Positions 9,713 through 22,808 of a stretch of DNA of 64,000 bases are shown one piece after another (positions within the stretch are counted from its first letter, which is position 1; every line of letters begins with the position of its first letter). This DNA comes from Allobranchiibius huperziae (GTDB taxonomy: Bacteria; Actinomycetota; Actinomycetes; Actinomycetales; Dermatophilaceae). The stretch lies in NCBI RefSeq assembly GCF_013410455.1, contig NZ_JACCFW010000001.1:324929-388928 (forward strand). Reading direction: 5' to 3'. The position numbers were made by a program, and so were the translations under genes. The notes under the pieces are model-generated. The model saw only the letters and a list, made by a program, of their open reading frames with translations. It searched no databases and was not told where the DNA came from.

Positions 9713-10471
9713 ATGAGTGATCCGATCGTCATCCGCGAGGAGGTCCGACGCAGGTACGCCGAGTCCGCCCGAGCCGCGGCCGAGGGGGCCACCTCCTGTT
9801 GCGGCCCCAGCCTCTACGACCAGAACGTCACCCCGGACGGTCGGGCGGTCTTCGGTGCCGGCCTGTACGCGGGCGCGGACACCGGGGCCGCGGGCGCTGC
9901 GGTCGAGGCGTCTCTGGGATGCGGCGTCCCCACCGCGGTGGCCGACCTCGCGGCCGGTGAGATCGTCCTCGACCTGGGCGCGGGTGCCGGGGGCGACGCG
10001 TTGATCTCCGCGCGGCGGGTCGGGCCCACCGGTCGGGCGATCGGGCTGGACATGACGCAGGAGATGCTCGATCTCGCCCGCCGCAACGCCGCCGACGCGG
10101 GCGTCACCAATGTGGAGTTCCTGCACGGCTACCTGGAGGAGATCCCGCTGCCGGACGCCTCGGTGGACGTGGTGATCTCCAACTGCGTCATCAACCTGGC
10201 CGCCGACAAGGGCATCGTGCTGGCCGAGGCAGCCCGCGTGACCCGGCCAGGCGGCCGGTTCGCGGTCTCCGACGTCGTCGCCGACACGGACATGGACGAA
10301 GGAACTCGCGCCGACGTGGCGGCCCACACCGGCTGCATCGCCGGGGCGCTGACCGAGCAGGAGTACCGCGACCTGCTCACCGCGAACGGCTGGGGCGAGG
10401 TCGAGATCCGCTACACCCACGCGGTCCACGAGCACGCGCAGGCGGCGATCGTGCGGGCGGTGCGCACGTGA
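9713..10471 (+). CDS. arsM: arsenite S-adenosylmethionine methyltransferase
   Basis: Conserved cysteines (SCCGPS ... NCVINL), SAM motif VLDLGAGAGGDA. 252 aa. Confidence 0.85.
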   Translation: MSDPIVIREEVRRRYAESARAAAEGATSCCGPSLYDQNVTPDGRAVFGAGLYAGADTGAAGAAVEASLGCGVPTAVADLAAGEIVLDLGAGAGGDALISARRVGPTGRAIGLDMTQEMLDLARRNAADAGVTNVEFLHGYLEEIPLPDASVDVVISNCVINLAADKGIVLAEAARVTRPGGRFAVSDVVADTDMDEGTRADVAAHTGCIAGALTEQEYRDLLTANGWGEVEIRYTHAVHEHAQAAIVRAVRT

Positions 10472-11556
10472 GCGTCGCCACCACGCCGCGCCCGGCGGTC
10501 GACCAGGGAGTCATCGCCAAGCTGTCGACGCTGGACCGGTGGTTACCTGCCTGGATCGTCGCCGCCATGGCGATCGGCCTGCTGCTCGGGCGGCTCGTCC
10601 CCGGACTGTCCGGGGCGCTGTCGGCGGTCGAGGTGCAGGGCGTCTCGCTGCCGATCGCGATCGGGCTGCTGGTGATGATGTATCCGGTCCTGGCGAAGGT
10701 CCGCTACGACCGCCTCGACCAGGTCGCAGGGGATCGGCGCATGCTGATCAGCTCGCTGGTCCTGAACTGGCTCGTGGGACCCGCGCTGATGTTCGCGCTC
10801 GCGTGGGTGTTCCTCGCGGACCTGCCGACCTACCGGACCGGGCTGATCATCGTCGGGCTGGCCCGCTGCATCGCCATGGTCGTCATCTGGAACGACCTGG
10901 CATGCGGGGACCGGGAGGCCGCAGCCGTGCTCGTCGCCCTGAACTCCGTCTTCCAGGTCGTCATGTTCGCGGTGCTGGGCTGGTTCTACCTCTCGGTGCT
11001 GCCGGGGTGGCTCGGGCTGCAGCAGACCCGGCTGGACGTGTCGGTGTGGCACATCGCCGGGTCGGTCCTGGTCTTCCTCGGCGTGCCGTTGCTCGCTGGT
11101 TTCCTCTCGCGCCGCATCGGCGAACGCCGTTGGGGCCGTGCGCGGTACGAGGCGGCGTATCTGCCGCGGATCGGGCCGTGGGCGCTCTACGGGCTGCTCT
11201 TCACCATCGTGGTGCTCTTCGCCCTCCAGGGGCACCAGGTCACGTCACGACCGCTGGACGTCGCCCGGATCGCGCTGCCGCTGCTGGTCTACTTCGCGCT
11301 GATGTGGGGCGGCGGCTACCTCCTCGGCCGCTGCCTGGGAATGGGCTACGCCCGGACGACGACGCTGGCGTTCACCGCGGCCGGCAACAACTTCGAGCTG
11401 GCGATCGCGGTCGCGATCGCCACCTTCGGCGTCACCTCCGGGCAGGCGCTGGCGGGTGTCGTCGGGCCGCTCATCGAGGTGCCGGTCCTCGTGGGACTCG
11501 TCTACGTCTCGCTGGCCCTGCGCTCGCGGTTCCCGGTGGAGCTCGCCGATGCCTGA
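10468..11556 (+). CDS. acr3: ACR3-family arsenite efflux permease
   Basis: 362 aa, about 10 TM segments. The N-terminal segment containing the conserved Cys (LVGLARCIAMVVIWNDLACGD) is ACR3-like. GTG start overlaps the arsM stop. Confidence 0.85.
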   Translation: MSVATTPRPAVDQGVIAKLSTLDRWLPAWIVAAMAIGLLLGRLVPGLSGALSAVEVQGVSLPIAIGLLVMMYPVLAKVRYDRLDQVAGDRRMLISSLVLNWLVGPALMFALAWVFLADLPTYRTGLIIVGLARCIAMVVIWNDLACGDREAAAVLVALNSVFQVVMFAVLGWFYLSVLPGWLGLQQTRLDVSVWHIAGSVLVFLGVPLLAGFLSRRIGERRWGRARYEAAYLPRIGPWALYGLLFTIVVLFALQGHQVTSRPLDVARIALPLLVYFALMWGGGYLLGRCLGMGYARTTTLAFTAAGNNFELAIAVAIATFGVTSGQALAGVVGPLIEVPVLVGLVYVSLALRSRFPVELADA

Positions 11557-11956
11557 CCCCTGTGTGCTGTTCGTGTGCGTGAAGAACGCGGGCAAGTCCC
11601 AGATGGCGGCCGCGCTGCTGCGGCAGCTGGCCGAGGGCCGCGTCGAGGTGCACTCCGCGGGCACCCGGCCCGGCGGCGGGCTCAACGACCTGTCCCGGCG
11701 GGTCGTCGAGGAGGTGGGTGCCTCCATGGACGGCGAGTCGACCAAGCCGGTCGATCCGGACCTGCTGCGACGTGCCGACCACGTCATCGTCGTGGGCTCG
11801 GAGGCGCGCCTGCCTCCGGTTGCCGGGATGCGCGCTCCGATCACCACATGGGAGCTCGACGAGCCGGCCGATCGCGGGGTCGACGGGATCGAGCGGATGC
11901 GCCTCCTGCGCGACGAGACGGCCGAGCGGGTCCGCCGGCTGCTGGCCGAGATCTGA
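11549..11956 (+). CDS. arsC: arsenate reductase, LMW-PTP/thioredoxin-coupled type
   Basis: CVLFVCVKNAGKSQMAAAL P-loop (CX5R variant). 135 aa. ATG overlaps the acr3 stop. Confidence 0.8.
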   Translation: MPDPCVLFVCVKNAGKSQMAAALLRQLAEGRVEVHSAGTRPGGGLNDLSRRVVEEVGASMDGESTKPVDPDLLRRADHVIVVGSEARLPPVAGMRAPITTWELDEPADRGVDGIERMRLLRDETAERVRRLLAEI

Positions 11957-12177
11957 TCAGATGATCCCGGAGTCGCGGTGACGAGCGGCGGACTCCCGGA
12001 TCTGCGGCGTCAGATCCGCCTCCGGGGCCCGCACCGCCATCTCCCACCTGTGGTGGATCGGGCAGCGCTGCAGGCGTCTTCGTCCCAGCCGGACGGCCTT
12101 GAACGACACCCATCGTCTCCAGACGGTCTCGTAGTAGTCACCGCCGGAGCACTGCACCACGGTCCAGTCGCGCGCCA
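11957..12177 (-). CDS. candidate small protein (73 aa) with Cys/His residues
   Basis: ORF MARDWTVVQCSGGDYYETVWRRWVSFKAVRLGRRRLQRCPIHHRWEMAVR..., convergent with arsC. High third-position GC but several rare AGA/CGA Arg codons. No adequate SD spacing. No family recognised. Confidence 0.3.
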
Positions 12178-12240
12178 TACCCTCCAGGGTAGGAACTGCA
12201 CCTCGCCGGCGCGACGCCTCGGGAGCAGCCGGCTTCGATC

Positions 12241-13842
12241 TCAGCGGTCCGAGCGGGGACGCCGCAGCTGGAAGGTCTCGAAGGCCCGCAGTCCGCCGCC
12301 GACGCCAGTGGCGTCGTAGTAGGTGACGGTGATGGTGGTGTCCCCGCCCGGACGCCCCGGGTCGACGTCGAATGCCGCGAACCCGTAGGGGTGCTCCCCG
12401 TCGCGCGAAGCAGACCACCGGGCGGTGTCCATGACGTACACCGGGGCCCGCTTGCCGGTCGTCGGATCTGGGGCGCCGACCCCCGTGATGACCCGACAGG
12501 CGGGCGGTTGGAAGAGCAACTGATTGGACGTGAAGGAGGAACCGCCTCCGCCGAGGACCATGTGCACAGTGCCCCTGGTGGTGTCGACGACGGTCGTGTC
12601 GGTCGCCGCCACCTTCGGGGTGAGGGTCGCGTTCCGCTGCTGGCCGCGGATGGGATGGCTGCGTTCGTAGTGGTGCTCGTGCCCGCAGACGACCAGGTCT
12701 ACGCCGTACCGGTCGAAGAGCGGGATCCATTCCTGACGGATGCCGAGGTCGGCACCATTGGCCTTGTCGGCTGAGCTGATCGCGACCTGGTGCATGCACA
12801 CCACGACCCAGTCGATCTCCCGGTCGTGGCGTGCGCGCCGCAGCTCCTGCTCGAGCCAGGTGCGCTGCGCGCCCTTCGAATAGCCGCGTACGTAGGAATT
12901 CCCGCCGTCCTGGTAGCAGACGTCGTCGTTGGCGAGGCTGATCACGCGGACCGCGCCGACGGTGAAGGAGTACCAGAGGCCCCGGGTCACCTGCGTCTGT
13001 CCGCGGGCTCTCGGCACCGAGAAGTAGGTCTGGTAGGCCTCGTAGCCGATCGGCCCGTTGCCGAGTTCGTTCTCATGATTGCCGGCGGACGGCATCCAGG
13101 GCCGATTGCGCGCGCTGCGGGAGTTGTTCGCCCAGAAGTCCCACCAGGTGCGGATGCGGTCGGTGGCGAGATTGGCGTAGCAGAGATCGCCGTTGAACAG
13201 GTGGAACATCGGAGCGACCTGCTCCACGCCGGCCGTCGTGTCGGACCCGGCGGGGGCGCCGAGGTTGTCGTTGACCCAGGTGGTCGTCGTACCGGCGAGC
13301 AACTTGCCGAGGGTGGGCGTGCCTTGGTCTCCGAAGCTGGTGAACGTCACCCGCGCGCGCCCACGAGGCCCGGTCGAGAACGTGCCGAACTGTGGCGTCG
13401 TCCCCTCGTGCAAGGCCGCGTACAGGTACGACGTGCCCGGCCGCAGCCTGTCGAGCGCGGCGTGGTGCGCGTACACCGTCGTGCCCGACTTCTCGTCGAC
13501 GTACGACCTGGTCTCGGCAGAGGCGCTGCGCTTGAAGTCGCCGCGCTCATCGCCGAGCAGCACCCGCGGTCTCCGCACGGGCGCCAGAGTGTGCCAACTG
13601 ACCACGACCTCCGTCGCGGCATCCGATCCGAACTGCAGGTGCAGACCGTGTACGACGGGCACCGGCGCGGTATGCGATCCACCCTTGGTGGAACGGAGCG
13701 ACGTCACGGGTGATGCGGCGGCATCGGCGGCCGTCGACACACCCAGAGCCGTCGCCGCGGTGACGAACCCCGCCCCCGCCAGCAGATGCCGCCGGGCGAC
13801 GCCCGGATCCCCGTCGATCTCAGAAGAACTCATGGGCACCAC
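12241..13842 (-). CDS. secreted purple acid phosphatase-like metallophosphoesterase (Tat signal)
   Basis: RRHLLAGAGFVTA twin-arginine signal. Metallophosphatase motifs GDLCY, GNHE, VCMHQ, CGHEHHYER. Confidence 0.85.
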   Translation of the reverse strand: MVPMSSSEIDGDPGVARRHLLAGAGFVTAATALGVSTAADAAASPVTSLRSTKGGSHTAPVPVVHGLHLQFGSDAATEVVVSWHTLAPVRRPRVLLGDERGDFKRSASAETRSYVDEKSGTTVYAHHAALDRLRPGTSYLYAALHEGTTPQFGTFSTGPRGRARVTFTSFGDQGTPTLGKLLAGTTTTWVNDNLGAPAGSDTTAGVEQVAPMFHLFNGDLCYANLATDRIRTWWDFWANNSRSARNRPWMPSAGNHENELGNGPIGYEAYQTYFSVPRARGQTQVTRGLWYSFTVGAVRVISLANDDVCYQDGGNSYVRGYSKGAQRTWLEQELRRARHDREIDWVVVCMHQVAISSADKANGADLGIRQEWIPLFDRYGVDLVVCGHEHHYERSHPIRGQQRNATLTPKVAATDTTVVDTTRGTVHMVLGGGGSSFTSNQLLFQPPACRVITGVGAPDPTTGKRAPVYVMDTARWSASRDGEHPYGFAAFDVDPGRPGGDTTITVTYYDATGVGGGLRAFETFQLRRPRSDR

Positions 13843-14008
13843 GATCTGGAACCCGACGTGCGCTCACCACATGATCTGAATGAACGCACCGAGAACTCTC
13901 GGTGCGGTCACCGATGGTGTGCCGGCGACCCGTCGGCTTGCGTCCACCGTTCACTGAGTACGACGAAGCGCAGGGTGGTGTCAGCGTGAGCCCGTAGGCT
14001 GTCCGGTT

Positions 14009-14608
14009 GTGTACGAAGGTGTGGTCCAGGACCTGATCGACGAGCTCGGCAGGCTGCCGGGCGTCGGTCCGAAGTCGGCGCAGCGCATCGCGTTCCATCT
14101 GCTGCAGGCCGACCGCGCCGACGTACAACGTCTCAGCGAGGTGCTGGCCGTGGTCAAGGACAAGGTCCGCTTCTGCGACCTGTGCTTCAACGTCTCCGAG
14201 GACGCCCTGTGCCGCATCTGCGGCGACTCCCGACGCTCGATGAGCCTGATCTGCGTCGTGGAGGAGCCCAAGGACATCATGGCCATGGAGCGCACCCGGG
14301 AGTTCCGGGGCCGCTACCACGTGCTCGGCGGGGCCATCAGCCCGATCGACGGCATCGGCCCGGACGATCTGCGCATCACCGAGCTGATGCGACGCCTTGG
14401 CACCGAGCCGATCGAGGAAGTCATCATCGCCACCAACCCCAATCTCAACGGCGAGGCGACCGCGACCTATCTGTCGCGGCTGCTGGCGCCGCTGGGCATG
14501 CCGGTCTCGCGCCTGGCCTCGGGGCTGCCGGTGGGCGGTGACCTGGAGTACGCCGACGAAGTGACGCTGGGCCGCGCCTTCGAAGGTCGCCGGTTGATCG
14601 GTGGCTGA
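14009..14608 (+). CDS. recR: recombination protein RecR
   Basis: GTG start. HhH ([17 protein letters not shown]), C4 zinc finger (CDLC...CRIC), Toprim domain. Confidence 0.9.
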   Translation: MYEGVVQDLIDELGRLPGVGPKSAQRIAFHLLQADRADVQRLSEVLAVVKDKVRFCDLCFNVSEDALCRICGDSRRSMSLICVVEEPKDIMAMERTREFRGRYHVLGGAISPIDGIGPDDLRITELMRRLGTEPIEEVIIATNPNLNGEATATYLSRLLAPLGMPVSRLASGLPVGGDLEYADEVTLGRAFEGRRLIGG

Positions 14609-16166
14609 GGTAGACGCCCGGACCCGGGCGGAAGTCGACGCCGGCCAGGGGGCGCAGGCGTCCGACCAGTGGCGGGAGATCGCGCGGCGGTACGCCGGGA
14701 TGGCCGGCGGGTTCTTCGTCTTCGCCCTCCTGGTGCACGTGCCCGGCTACTTCCACCAGCTCTACGACCCCGACGAGGCCACGATCGCCGACCAGGCGAT
14801 CACCCTGCAGCACGGCGGGCGGCTCTACATCGACGCCATCGACCGCAAGCCGCCCCTGCCGACCTACCTCTACCACGCGGCGTTCGCGATCTTCGGCAAC
14901 GTCGACCTACGCCCCGTGCACCTCGTGGCGGCCCTCCTGCTGGCCGTGGCGGCCTGCGCCGTCGCCGCCGACGTCAGCCTCCGCACCCGTGCGCAACGTG
15001 TGTGGGCCGGGGTGCTGATGATCACCGCCGCGGTCGCGTTCCTTCCCGACGCCGGCCAGGCGGCCAACTACGCCCACTTCGCGCTCGCGCCCGGAGCGGT
15101 GGCGATGGTCCTGGCCCGGCGGCGTTCCAAGCGCGCGGCGGCCCTCGCCGGGCTGGCGCTCGCGGTCGCGGTCCTGTGTCGCCAGACCTGGCTCATCGGG
15201 TTGCTGCCGGCGGGGATGGCCGTGGCTCGTTCACGCCGCTGGTCCCACCTGGGGTGGATGTTCGGTGGGTTCGCGGTCGGCATCGGCATCGTCGTGGCCT
15301 GGCTTCCGACGGCCGATGTGTGGCACTGGGTGTTCGCCTCCAACGAGGGATTCCTGCTCACCGGTCCGAACTGGTCCATGGTGGCCGTCAGCTTCTTCGG
15401 TGGCCTGGCCCTGCTGGTGGGACTGCACCTGCCGCTGCTGATCCCCGTGGCGCTGCGTATCAGGGCGGCCGGCTCCCTGCGACAGGCGGTGCAGGTGGAT
15501 CGGGACCTGTGGATCTGGTGGGCGACGGCGACGGTCGCCTGGATCTCCGGCTTCCGCTTCTTCGCCCACTACTGGATCCAGTCGCTACCGCCGCTGGTGC
15601 TGCTGGCCGCGCCCACCGCGGCCCGCATCACCGGCCGCCTGCGCACCTGGATCCTCGCGCTGCTCGTGGTGGTCACCACGGCCGCCGTGGTGGCCGGATT
15701 CACCCCCGAAACCTTCCGCACCCTGCCCAACACGACGCCGCTCGCCAAGTACGTCGCGGCCCACTCCCGTCCCGACCAGCCGATCCTCGTCTGGGGCAAC
15801 CTGCCGCAGGCGCAGTGGGAGTCCGACCGGCCGCTCGGCGGGGCGTTGGTGCACTCCGACTTCGTCACGGGGGTCTCGGGCAACCGGACCGCCGACCCGA
15901 GCACGGTGCCGGCGACCACGCCCGGCGCCTACAAGGCCGTGCTGCGCTCGGTCTACACCCACCCGCCGCAGCTGGTGCTTGACACCTCGACCGCCGACCT
16001 GCGCGCGTACGGCGGGCAGTACTACGACGGCAAGTACCCGCTGTCGGTCTTCCCGCAGTTGAAGTACTTCGTGGACACCTACTACACGCTGGCGGCCCGG
16101 GTGAACGGCGTGACGATCTACCGGTTGCGTCAGGAGTACTCGGGCAACAGCGGAGCCGGTTCGTAG
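14601..16166 (+). CDS. polytopic membrane glycosyltransferase-like protein (GT-C / PMT-ArnT-like)
   Basis: 521 aa with more than 10 TM segments. A YDPDEA loop motif after TM1 resembles the GT-C catalytic DE/DxD loop. The start is uncertain and it overlaps the recR end. Confidence 0.5.
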   Translation: MAEVDARTRAEVDAGQGAQASDQWREIARRYAGMAGGFFVFALLVHVPGYFHQLYDPDEATIADQAITLQHGGRLYIDAIDRKPPLPTYLYHAAFAIFGNVDLRPVHLVAALLLAVAACAVAADVSLRTRAQRVWAGVLMITAAVAFLPDAGQAANYAHFALAPGAVAMVLARRRSKRAAALAGLALAVAVLCRQTWLIGLLPAGMAVARSRRWSHLGWMFGGFAVGIGIVVAWLPTADVWHWVFASNEGFLLTGPNWSMVAVSFFGGLALLVGLHLPLLIPVALRIRAAGSLRQAVQVDRDLWIWWATATVAWISGFRFFAHYWIQSLPPLVLLAAPTAARITGRLRTWILALLVVVTTAAVVAGFTPETFRTLPNTTPLAKYVAAHSRPDQPILVWGNLPQAQWESDRPLGGALVHSDFVTGVSGNRTADPSTVPATTPGAYKAVLRSVYTHPPQLVLDTSTADLRAYGGQYYDGKYPLSVFPQLKYFVDTYYTLAARVNGVTIYRLRQEYSGNSGAGS

Positions 16167-16903
16167 GCTCCGCGGCCCTGCAGCGTGCGGTGGATGCCGT
16201 ACGCGAGGCCGAGCACCGCGGCGCCGGCGACGCCGTCGATCGCGAAGTGGTTGGCCGTGCCGATGACCACGGTGAAGGTCAGCAGCGGGTAGAGCATCGC
16301 GGCGTACCGCACGATCCGGCGCTTGGCCAGGTTGAAGACCGTCAGGCCGCACCAGAGTGCCCACGCGCAGTGCAGGCTCGGCATCGCCGCGTACTGGTTG
16401 GTCACGGCGGCGACGGAGGCGTGACCCCAGGATCCGAAGGTGTGGAACTGCACCAGGGTGTCCACGAAACCCGCGCCCAGCAGACGCGGGGGCGCCATCG
16501 GGACGAGGTAGAAGCCACACAGCCCCAGCACGGTCGTGGTCACCAGCACCGTGCGCGCCGAGCGGTAGACGCGTCGCTGCCAGAAGAAGAGCCAGATCAG
16601 GACTCCGCCGGTCATCGGCAGATGCAGGAAGGAGTAGTAGCCGTTGGCGAGGCGGGCGATCTCATCGTGCGCGGCGACGAAGTGGTTGAGGGACAACTCG
16701 AAGTTGATGTGCAGCTTCTGGGTCAGGTGCAGCACCCGCAGACCGCGGTCGATCGCCGCCGTCTCGTGGTCGGGCACGAGGTTGCGCAGACGCTCGTAGA
16801 TCATGTCCAGGATGACCAGGATCGCGATCTCGTGCCACCAGACGGGCGCCCTGAAAGTGCGCAGCGAAGCAGGCAACAGTGCACGATGCCCGACTTCAGG
16901 CAT
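16130..16903 (-). CDS. PAP2-family membrane phosphatase/phosphotransferase (PAP2_3-like)
   Basis: Multi-TM protein with a conserved His/Asp segment (ANHFAIDG) in the final TM region. An alternative start lies at 16936. Confidence 0.65.
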   Translation of the reverse strand: MPEVGHRALLPASLRTFRAPVWWHEIAILVILDMIYERLRNLVPDHETAAIDRGLRVLHLTQKLHINFELSLNHFVAAHDEIARLANGYYSFLHLPMTGGVLIWLFFWQRRVYRSARTVLVTTTVLGLCGFYLVPMAPPRLLGAGFVDTLVQFHTFGSWGHASVAAVTNQYAAMPSLHCAWALWCGLTVFNLAKRRIVRYAAMLYPLLTFTVVIGTANHFAIDGVAGAAVLGLAYGIHRTLQGRGAYEPAPLLPEYS

Positions 16904-17111
16904 AGTGGTCACCAACCCCGGGGTGCGACTTGACATCCGACAAGGATGCCACCGGCGGCCGACAAACGCACCTTTGCCCCAGCCGTCAGCGTGTTATACG
17001 CGCGCTGTGAGCCGTGTCTCGCCCGCCTCAGGGTGGTCGACGTAGGGGGGTGCCGTCCCGCCATTCGGGCATCGCACGTCTCGGATTCTGGGCTCACTAC
17101 CCTTGTGGAGC

Positions 17112-20529
<3,418 letters not shown>

Positions 20530-20572
20530 CGGGTCCACCGCCGGGCCCCTGAACCCGGCGGTGGCTGCGATG

Positions 20573-21973
20573 TCAGTCGGTCGCCCGCAGCGCCACCACC
20601 GGCGGCACCGAGACCGCCCGCCGGGCCGGCGGGCGCGAGGCGACCAGCACCAGGGCACCCCCGGCGACGGCCACGGCCGCGAGCGCCACCCACGGGACAC
20701 CCCAGACGAAGCCGCTGCTCATCGCACCGACCAGGGACTGCGCCCCCACGGATCCGTAGACGACCCCGATCGCCGCGCCGAGGATGACGGCGGTCGCGGA
20801 CAGGGCGATCGACTCGCGAGTGATCATCGCGCGTACCTGCACGGCGGTGAATCCCAGCGACCGCAGCAGACCGATCTCGCGACGTCGCTGGATCACGGTC
20901 AGCGACATCGTGCTGACGAAACCGACCGCCGCGATGATCGAGGAGATCACCACCAGGCAGACGAGCACGGCCGTGATGATCGCCATCACCTGGTCGGTGT
21001 GATGCCGTTGCGCGGCGCTCAGGCCCGACGCGGCATCCATCGCAGCACGCAGTGCCGACATGCCGGAGGCGATCGTGGTGATCAGCACGACCCCGACGAT
21101 CAGCCCGATCGTCGAGCGGGTGGTGCGCGACGGGTCGGCGACGGCGTTGCGCCGGGCGATGAGGCTGGGCGGTCCGCCGCCGAGCAGCCGGCCGAGGGCG
21201 GTGACCACCCACGGGATGAGGAAGCGGGCACCGACGATCACGCCCGTGCCGGACACTGCTGCGCCGAGGAAGGCGCAGAGGAACCCGGACGTCGACATCC
21301 GATCGCCCAGTGCCACGGCCATCATGAGGAGGACGACGCCCACGCCGATCAGGGTCACGGTGAGCGCGGCCCGCACGACCGTCGTACGGCGTGCCGGGTC
21401 CACCTGTGCCTGGACCGCGCTCAGCGCCTGGACCGGAGCGACGTGCAGCACGGCTCGCGACCCGATCCAGCCGGCGCCGACCGAGCACAGCGCGACCGCG
21501 GCGATCGGCAGCGCCAGCAGGGGTACGGCCCACCGGTAGGGCAGGTCCGGAAGTGCTCCGCGGTGCACGAGCACGACACGGACGACGTCGGTCAGCAGCA
21601 CACCGGCCAGCACCCCGAGGCAGGCGCCGACGGCCCCGGCGCGCGCCGTGCTGCGGCGTACCGACCGGCGCAGGCTGAGGCCGTCGGCGCCCAGCAACCG
21701 CATCAGCGCGATGTGCTGCAGGCGCCCGGCGATGACGGTGGTCACGCACCCCGTGATGACGACGGCGGCGACGTAGAGTGCGATCCCGATGAAGACCGGC
21801 GAAACGATCCCGAGCAGCATGGCGACGTCTCCGTCGCCCTGGGTCGAGCTGATCGAGGCCAGGATCGAGGAGGTCATGATCAGCGTGGCCGCGTAGCACC
21901 CGCTGAGCCCGGCCACCAGGGTGACCGTGCCCAGCTCGCGCACCGAGCCCAGCACCGGCGGCACCCGGGTCAT
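20573..21973 (-). CDS. ABC transporter permease, FtsX/MacB-like
   Basis: 466 aa, two FtsX-type four-TM repeats. Overlaps the downstream ATPase gene. Confidence 0.8.
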   Translation of the reverse strand: MTRVPPVLGSVRELGTVTLVAGLSGCYAATLIMTSSILASISSTQGDGDVAMLLGIVSPVFIGIALYVAAVVITGCVTTVIAGRLQHIALMRLLGADGLSLRRSVRRSTARAGAVGACLGVLAGVLLTDVVRVVLVHRGALPDLPYRWAVPLLALPIAAVALCSVGAGWIGSRAVLHVAPVQALSAVQAQVDPARRTTVVRAALTVTLIGVGVVLLMMAVALGDRMSTSGFLCAFLGAAVSGTGVIVGARFLIPWVVTALGRLLGGGPPSLIARRNAVADPSRTTRSTIGLIVGVVLITTIASGMSALRAAMDAASGLSAAQRHHTDQVMAIITAVLVCLVVISSIIAAVGFVSTMSLTVIQRRREIGLLRSLGFTAVQVRAMITRESIALSATAVILGAAIGVVYGSVGAQSLVGAMSSGFVWGVPWVALAAVAVAGGALVLVASRPPARRAVSVPPVVALRATD

Positions 21974-22749
21974 GCCACACCCTCTTCGACGTCGATCAGC
22001 AGCTGCGAGATCTGCTGCGGTGACAGGGCCGCGTGGTCGGCGACGATGCAGCCGTCGGCGATCACCAGGATGCGGTCGGCGTACGACGCGGCGAGCGGGT
22101 CGTGGGTGACCATGGCGATCGTCTGCCCGTACTCCCGTGCCGCGGTGCGCAACAGCGCGAGCACCTCACGTGAGCTGCGGGAGTCCAGGTTGCCGGTCGG
22201 CTCGTCGGCGAAGATCACCTGCGGTCGTGAGGCGAGCGCACGAGCGATCGCGACGCGCTGCTGCTGTCCGCCGGACAGCTGCGCCGGGCGGTGGGCGGTG
22301 CGCTCCCTCAGACCGAGGGTGGTCAGCAGGTGGGCGATCCACTCCCGCTGGTCACCGTCGATGGTGCGTTGCGCGAGACGGAACGGCAGTTCGACGTTCT
22401 CGACCACGGACAGCGTGGGCACCAGGTTGAACGCCTGGAAGACGAACCCGACCCGGTCGCGCCGCAGGACGGTCCGACCCGCGTCGTCCATCGCGTGCAG
22501 TGCCTCGCCGGCGAGGTACACCTCCCCCGAGGTGATGTCGTCCAGGCCGGCGGCCACGTTCATGAAGGTGGACTTGCCCGAGCCCGAGGGGCCCATGATC
22601 GCGGTGAAGTCGCCGTCGAAGATGTCGACGGTGACCTGGTCCAGAGCGCGCACGGCGTCCGGGCCGGTGCCGTAGTGCTTGTCGACGCCGCGGAAGGAGA
22701 CGACGGCTCGGCGTGGCTGGGTGACGGGGTGGATCGACCGGGTCGGGTT
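21970..22749 (-). CDS. ABC transporter ATP-binding protein (MacB/LolD-type)
   Basis: Walker A GPSGSGKST, signature LSGGQQQRVAIARAL, Walker B IFADEPTGNLD. Start taken at MNPTRS. Confidence 0.9.
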   Translation of the reverse strand, partial: NPTRSIHPVTQPRRAVVSFRGVDKHYGTGPDAVRALDQVTVDIFDGDFTAIMGPSGSGKSTFMNVAAGLDDITSGEVYLAGEALHAMDDAGRTVLRRDRVGFVFQAFNLVPTLSVVENVELPFRLAQRTIDGDQREWIAHLLTTLGLRERTAHRPAQLSGGQQQRVAIARALASRPQVIFADEPTGNLDSRSSREVLALLRTAAREYGQTIAMVTHDPLAASYADRILVIADGCIVADHAALSPQQISQLLIDVEEGVA

Positions 22750-22808
22750 CATGACGACGACCCTGCCGCAGCCGCGGGCCGCGGACATCCGCCTGGCGGG
22801 CTATCTGT

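Noticed and set aside
11978-12319. 113-aa plus-strand ORF downstream of arsC
   Set aside because: Pro/Arg/Ser-rich nonsense translation and no start context. It overlaps the more plausible minus-strand small ORF and the phosphatase 3' end.
16937-17111. Possible lysine riboswitch upstream of ask
   Set aside because: No recognisable L-box conserved elements by eye. It would need a covariance-model scan to exclude.
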